This document shows, in pieces, positions 24,142 through 27,965 of a DNA stretch of 27,965 bases. This stretch comes from a virus (Duplodnaviria > Caudoviricetes): positions 1-27,965 of the IMG/VR virus record IMGVR_UViG_3300020042_001076; one strand, 5' to 3'. Under the pieces are notes generated by a model. It did not search any database and was not told where the DNA came from. It was given only the letters and a program-made list of their open reading frames with translations. Both the position numbers and the translations under genes were made by a program. The number at the start of each line of letters is the position of its first letter. Within the stretch, counting starts at the first letter, position 1.

Positions 24142-24149
24142 GATTGTCC

Positions 24150-24632
24150 TTAGTTATATTCGAGAGGCCCATCAGGGCCAGCATCCACGGGGAAGTAAGG
24201 TGGGCGCACATACGGATTGTCGTAGACCCTCCACGGCTTATTACCAGCGCCAGCAGGCATGGTTGCAGGCAGTTGCTGTTCAAGCGGGAATGTGGCTCTT
24301 TGTAACAGGATGTCATAACCCTGCTTTGCCGTAGTCTTGGTCTCAATCATCACTTGCTTGCCAAAACTTGGCGCAAGCCTGATACCTAGACTGCAAATTA
24401 TTGCTTCATAAGCCGAATCAGGCACTAAAGTTTCTTCATCTAAGCTGCTGTCTTGTGGGCTGGATGGCAAAGGGTAACCCAAGCGGATGCCCTTTGCGTT
24501 CCAGTCTGCCATCATTGCATCAAGGCGGCGCAAGGCAGATTCAAGTTGCTCGGGCTGCAAGTCGAATACATAAGACGCAAGGCCAATTTCTTCAAAGGCT
24601 GCGCTTATGAATTGTCGTTTGGAATAGCCCAT
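24150..24632 (-). CDS. Head-to-tail adaptor (P22 gp4-like)
   Basis: KRQFI..AFEEIGLA...L.PEQ..SALRRLDAMMA.W...GI.LGY...AI...L..RLAP...MP.GAGN. Confidence 0.9.
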   Translation of the reverse strand: MGYSKRQFISAAFEEIGLASYVFDLQPEQLESALRRLDAMMADWNAKGIRLGYPLPSSPQDSSLDEETLVPDSAYEAIICSLGIRLAPSFGKQVMIETKTTAKQGYDILLQRATFPLEQQLPATMPAGAGNKPWRVYDNPYVRPPYFPVDAGPDGPLEYN

Positions 24633-24922
24633 GTCAACTCCTCAATGTGTTTAAGTAGTGTCGCATCTGACCAGCGTTTGTCAACCTTCAAACCAATCGC
24701 TTCAGCCTGTTGTAGCATTTCCTCGCGGGTTGCCGGACCGTCCTCAACAGTCTCAACAAGCGGCTCATCGAGCACTATCTGTGAGCCAATCGGCGATGGA
24801 CGAATCTGTTTCGTTGCCTTGCGCTCTGCTATCTGCGCCTTTTTCAGTTTGCGCTTTTGCAGCCGCAACTCTTTCCACGGGGCAAGAGCCTTTGTTTTAA
24901 TAATTGCGGCTGACTTTATCAT
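24605..24922 (-). CDS. Hypothetical protein with a C-terminal HeH/LEM-like helix pair
   Basis: TREEM..QA..IGLKVDKRWSD.TL...I. Confidence 0.65.
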   Translation of the reverse strand: MIKSAAIIKTKALAPWKELRLQKRKLKKAQIAERKATKQIRPSPIGSQIVLDEPLVETVEDGPATREEMLQQAEAIGLKVDKRWSDATLLKHIEELTWAIPNDNS

Positions 24923-25077
24923 TTCATCTTTTTCATTGACTTAGTTGCTGGCTTTTTCATCATGCCATACGCCATAGCAACGGCTTGCTTTTGAGGCTTG
25001 CCTGCTTTCATTTCTTTTTTAATAACGTCCGACATTTTTTTGTCGCCCTTACCCATTTTCATTGTGTGTCCTGGCAT
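24919..25077 (-). CDS. Small Met/Lys-rich protein, 52 aa (not in ORF track)
   Basis: MPGHTMKMGKGDKKMSDVIKKEMKAGKPQKQAVAMAYGMMKKPATKSMKKMK; GGAG RBS; ATGA overlap downstream. Confidence 0.75.
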   Translation of the reverse strand: MPGHTMKMGKGDKKMSDVIKKEMKAGKPQKQAVAMAYGMMKKPATKSMKKMK

Positions 25078-25091
25078 TTTGCTCTCCATGT

Positions 25092-25120
25092 AAAACAGGC
25101 CAACATTTCTGCTGGCCTGT
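25092..25120 (-). terminator. Intrinsic terminator after the capsid genes
   Basis: ACAGGCCAGCA-GAAA-TGTTGGCCTGT-TTT; short U-tract, probably leaky. Confidence 0.75.
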
Positions 25121-25128
25121 CGGGTTGA

Positions 25129-25740
25129 TTAACTTATGCGATAAGCGATGAAGGTATCAGCGGCAGTTTTGCGTAAGCGGAAACGTGCGGATGCACCAGA
25201 GGTTGCAGCAGTTGCAGCAGAGCCAACAATGGTTACACCTGTGTTGACCGTGATGGTCAAAGCAAATGCAGCCAAAGTAATGACGCTAAAGTCAAATGCC
25301 TCACCAATTGCCCACTCAGTTGCCAAGTCAAGGTTTGCACCTGTTGGCAGTTGGATGGAACGGGTTGTCGTAGGCGTTGCAGTAACGATACCAGTCAGGA
25401 CATTGGCTGCGGTGGCAATCATTGAGCCGCCATCGGCTATGTCAGCAGGCGCACCCTGAAGTTGCCAGTTGCCATCGTCACTGATAACTGGGGCAACACC
25501 AACTGCGTAGTTCGCACCCGATGCACCAGCTTGAATAATCACGTTGGTGGCATTGGTAAATGCGCCTGACACAAAGGTGGTGTTCTCAACTACCGACAAC
25601 AGGTCGTTTGCATCAGGAAAGTTGGGGAAACCAACTTCTTGAAACACACTTGCGGCTGAGTAGGCTTGAACGGCAATTTTTTCGCCTGCGGGTACGGCAA
25701 CAGTGACTGTACCTTGTGTAAAGATTACGTTGTAACTCAT
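25129..25740 (-). CDS. Putative capsid decoration/cement protein
   Basis: Directly after the coat gene and before the terminator; TAAGGAG RBS; Ala/Thr-rich. Confidence 0.65.
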   Translation of the reverse strand: MSYNVIFTQGTVTVAVPAGEKIAVQAYSAASVFQEVGFPNFPDANDLLSVVENTTFVSGAFTNATNVIIQAGASGANYAVGVAPVISDDGNWQLQGAPADIADGGSMIATAANVLTGIVTATPTTTRSIQLPTGANLDLATEWAIGEAFDFSVITLAAFALTITVNTGVTIVGSAATAATSGASARFRLRKTAADTFIAYRIS

Positions 25741-25749
25741 GATGGCTCC

Positions 25750-27036
25750 TTAGACTTGACCGAATAGCAAGATACCAGACATTTCTGGCTGCTTATTGAC
25801 CACGCCAAACAAAGTATCCAAACGATACTTGGTTTTCATGGTGTTAACGTCATACTGCTTTTGCATGACCAGTTCGATGCCTTGATCTGTTGAGGCACGC
25901 ATCACTGCGACACCAGCATCAGACGGGACAGCGTAACGACCAGGCAGAATCTCCAATGCATCTTTCTGCCAAAAGCAGTTAATTGGTGCAGTTGTGGTAT
26001 TCAATCTGTTGATTGTGCGACCAGAAGCAGCAGTTACGATACAGTTTTGATACTGTAGTTCTGCATCAGTTCCACCTTGAGCCGAAATAATCGGAGGTGT
26101 AATCACACAGGTTGTTGCATTGACCACTTGCACAACACGGAAGGTTTTGGAGAATCCAGTGCCTTGTTTGGTAATGTGATGAACAGCCTCAACGCCTGTG
26201 ATTTCAATGGCAGTTCCAGCAGGCAAGTCGGTGGTGCTTGACACGGTAATCGTTTGGAAACGATTGTCAACGTTTTGCGTTTCACCAGTTGCTGCTGTAG
26301 ATGTTGCCACAGGCACATAAAAGTTATTAGCCGCAGCCAAAGTGCTCATCGTTGGGTCAGCACCAGTTGCACCAGTCAAACGATTTGCATAGTCCAGCTT
26401 GTAGGTCTCAAAGCCTGCAACCATTCCAACAAAAGAACGCTCAAAAGCGGTGTTGGACTTAGTGCCTGCAAAACTGCGACTTACGGATGCACCACCAGTA
26501 CCACCAGCAATATTGCCAGCGATGCCGTTGTAGTCACGACTTGACAAAGCTAAGTAACGATCAAAGGCTTGAACGCCCTGTTCGTTCATGATTGAGTCGC
26601 ACAAAGCCACATCGTCATAGTCACCAGCGGCAGTGCTCACGGTCACGACCAGCGAGCCTTGAGCTGCTGCCACGTTCATGATTGCGATGTTGATGTCAGA
26701 TGCCAGCTTCTGCTTTGCCGCTTCACCCAAGCGACCTTCTTGCAACGCATCGCGCAATTCCAAAGCATCAAGAATGAACGGCACAGACTTTTGAAAGCCC
26801 AATGTCGCTGGTACTGAAAGCTGTGTGTATGCGGTGAAGTTGTTGGTCTGGTCCATGCCATCATACGACTGTGCAATATAAGGCTGTGGACGATAGATGA
26901 CGTTGTTGGTGCGTTCCATCATCGAACCATCTGTGTTGTAGATGGAAACGTTGCGGGACAAAACTAAGGCATCGTTAAAGCCCTCAAGAATGTCCTCAAA
27001 CGCTACGCGTTCTTCCTTACTGAATGAATTACTCAT
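25750..27036 (-). CDS. Major capsid protein (P22 gp5 coat family)
   Basis: MSN.FSKEERVAFE..LEGF.D.LVLS..V...M.R..N.I.RPQPYI...RD....G....AA.QKLASDIN...R.D.LFGV...PEM.G. Confidence 0.93.
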   Translation of the reverse strand: MSNSFSKEERVAFEDILEGFNDALVLSRNVSIYNTDGSMMERTNNVIYRPQPYIAQSYDGMDQTNNFTAYTQLSVPATLGFQKSVPFILDALELRDALQEGRLGEAAKQKLASDINIAIMNVAAAQGSLVVTVSTAAGDYDDVALCDSIMNEQGVQAFDRYLALSSRDYNGIAGNIAGGTGGASVSRSFAGTKSNTAFERSFVGMVAGFETYKLDYANRLTGATGADPTMSTLAAANNFYVPVATSTAATGETQNVDNRFQTITVSSTTDLPAGTAIEITGVEAVHHITKQGTGFSKTFRVVQVVNATTCVITPPIISAQGGTDAELQYQNCIVTAASGRTINRLNTTTAPINCFWQKDALEILPGRYAVPSDAGVAVMRASTDQGIELVMQKQYDVNTMKTKYRLDTLFGVVNKQPEMSGILLFGQV

Positions 27037-27054
27037 GAAAAGCTCCTAATTTGT

Positions 27055-27900
27055 TTATTTGGATGCTGCTCTTTTTTGCGCTTTGTACTGGATGACTTTT
27101 GTCATGTTGCCAGTACGCTCTGCATCTGCTCGCAGCCGTTCAAGTGTTGAGTCCACCGCACCCGAAGATCGTCCAGTACCTGTAACGATTCTCTCAGGGG
27201 CGGGTGCTTGCCTTCGGTTTGTAACTTTCAAGTCTTTCTCCAGTTTTGCTACCGCAAAAGCAAACTTTACGGGGTCTTTGATTTCAGCCAACTCCTTAGC
27301 TTTTGCAGGGTTCTTACCAAGTGCGTAAACAACGAGTGCAGGGTTATCTGCACCTTGCAGCAAAACGCCTTGCTGGGTGATAGAAAAAACTTGTTGAGCA
27401 ACTTCTTCAGCATCTTCAAAGTCCTTCACTCTTAGCTCGGCTTTCGCCTTGCCATAACCATCCAACTTGGCTTGCCATGCTTTCTGCTGATTCATAACTT
27501 CAGCTTCTTGCTTGGCGTTAACATCATCAGCTTGTCGCTTGCGCTCAAACCAATTTGCCATTGCTACCTCGTATGCTTCAGCGTCATAGTCGTGCTCTTC
27601 CAGCTTTGGCTTATTACCTATCACCACTGGTTTGATCTCAGGTGGTGCGGTTTGTAGCTTGCCTTGCAATTCACGATTCTGCCGTTGCAGTTCTCGGTTC
27701 GTCTTACGCAACTCTTTTACCCATTCAGGCGCAGGAATATGTTCTTCGGGAGGTGGCGCTTCCTCACCAATACTGACAACAACTTCTTCGATTTCTTCGG
27801 TTTCGTCTTCGTCAACAATGTTAATGACTTCGATTTCTTCCTCGTCTAACTCGACTTCATTGTTTTCAATTACTGCCTTTTGATTCATCTTTGACCCCAT
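27055..27900 (-). CDS. Scaffolding protein
   Basis: Acidic N-terminus, coiled coil, KPKLE..DYD, PAL.VYALGKNP, basic C-terminal helix; directly upstream of the coat gene (alternative ATG 27888). Confidence 0.85.
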   Translation of the reverse strand: MGSKMNQKAVIENNEVELDEEEIEVINIVDEDETEEIEEVVVSIGEEAPPPEEHIPAPEWVKELRKTNRELQRQNRELQGKLQTAPPEIKPVVIGNKPKLEEHDYDAEAYEVAMANWFERKRQADDVNAKQEAEVMNQQKAWQAKLDGYGKAKAELRVKDFEDAEEVAQQVFSITQQGVLLQGADNPALVVYALGKNPAKAKELAEIKDPVKFAFAVAKLEKDLKVTNRRQAPAPERIVTGTGRSSGAVDSTLERLRADAERTGNMTKVIQYKAQKRAASK

Positions 27901-27906
27901 TCAACT

Positions 27907-27938
27907 CACCCACTTTGAACGGCTGGGTGGTTGCCGTT
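27907..27938 (-). promoter_or_regulatory. H-type pseudoknot in the scaffold 5' leader
   Basis: AACGGC-AAC-CACCCA-GCCGUU-CAAAG-UGGGUG: two perfect 6-bp stems. Confidence 0.65.
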
Positions 27939-27965
27939 TGTTTGATTCTCGCTTGTTTTTTACTG

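Noticed and set aside
20447-24944. Plus-strand ORFs (e.g. 20447-20899, 21249-21671, 24453-24944)
   Set aside because: Antisense shadows of structural genes.
27907-27938. Pseudoknot as a known riboswitch (preQ1, SAM-II/V)
   Set aside because: I do not see their conserved ligand-binding nucleotides, and the downstream gene is structural.
1-27965. CRISPR array, DGR, IS element, intron/intein, integrase, genome-wide stop recoding
   Set aside because: No repeat-spacer arrays, reverse transcriptase, transposase or interrupted core genes were seen; core genes translate intact with the standard code.

Overview
The whole window is tailed-phage DNA. It looks like most of a small P22-like podophage genome with a lambdoid-type early region; an aquatic betaproteobacterial host is a weak inference. 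Minus strand, right to left: scaffold, P22-type coat protein, decoration-like protein, gp4, a cluster of small basic proteins, gp10, needle, gp14/gp7/gp20/gp16-like genes, a split multi-gene receptor-binding module and a lysis cassette (M15 endolysin plus several membrane proteins). A short plus-strand early operon (5631-8712) carries ERF, a YqaJ/lambda exonuclease and an SSB-like protein. Divergent from it are cro, a secreted Cys-rich mini-protein, a C4-like structured RNA, DUF1376 and P-like replication genes, rusA, a ParB-MTase, terS and the 5' part of terL. No CI, integrase, Q, tRNA or CRISPR array is visible. The most interesting signals are all missed by the ORF track: (i) a cro / 6-Cys secreted peptide / C4-like RNA unit at a CI-less switch, (ii) an H-type pseudoknot covering the scaffold RBS, with a promoter-like motif shared by a second structured leader, (iii) a lysis-cassette gene that needs an AUU start or stop-codon readthrough, (iv) a dual-coding segment, and (v) low-GC swapped modules (MTase core, tailspike cassette). 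Family assignments come from motif recognition and synteny only; no searches were run.
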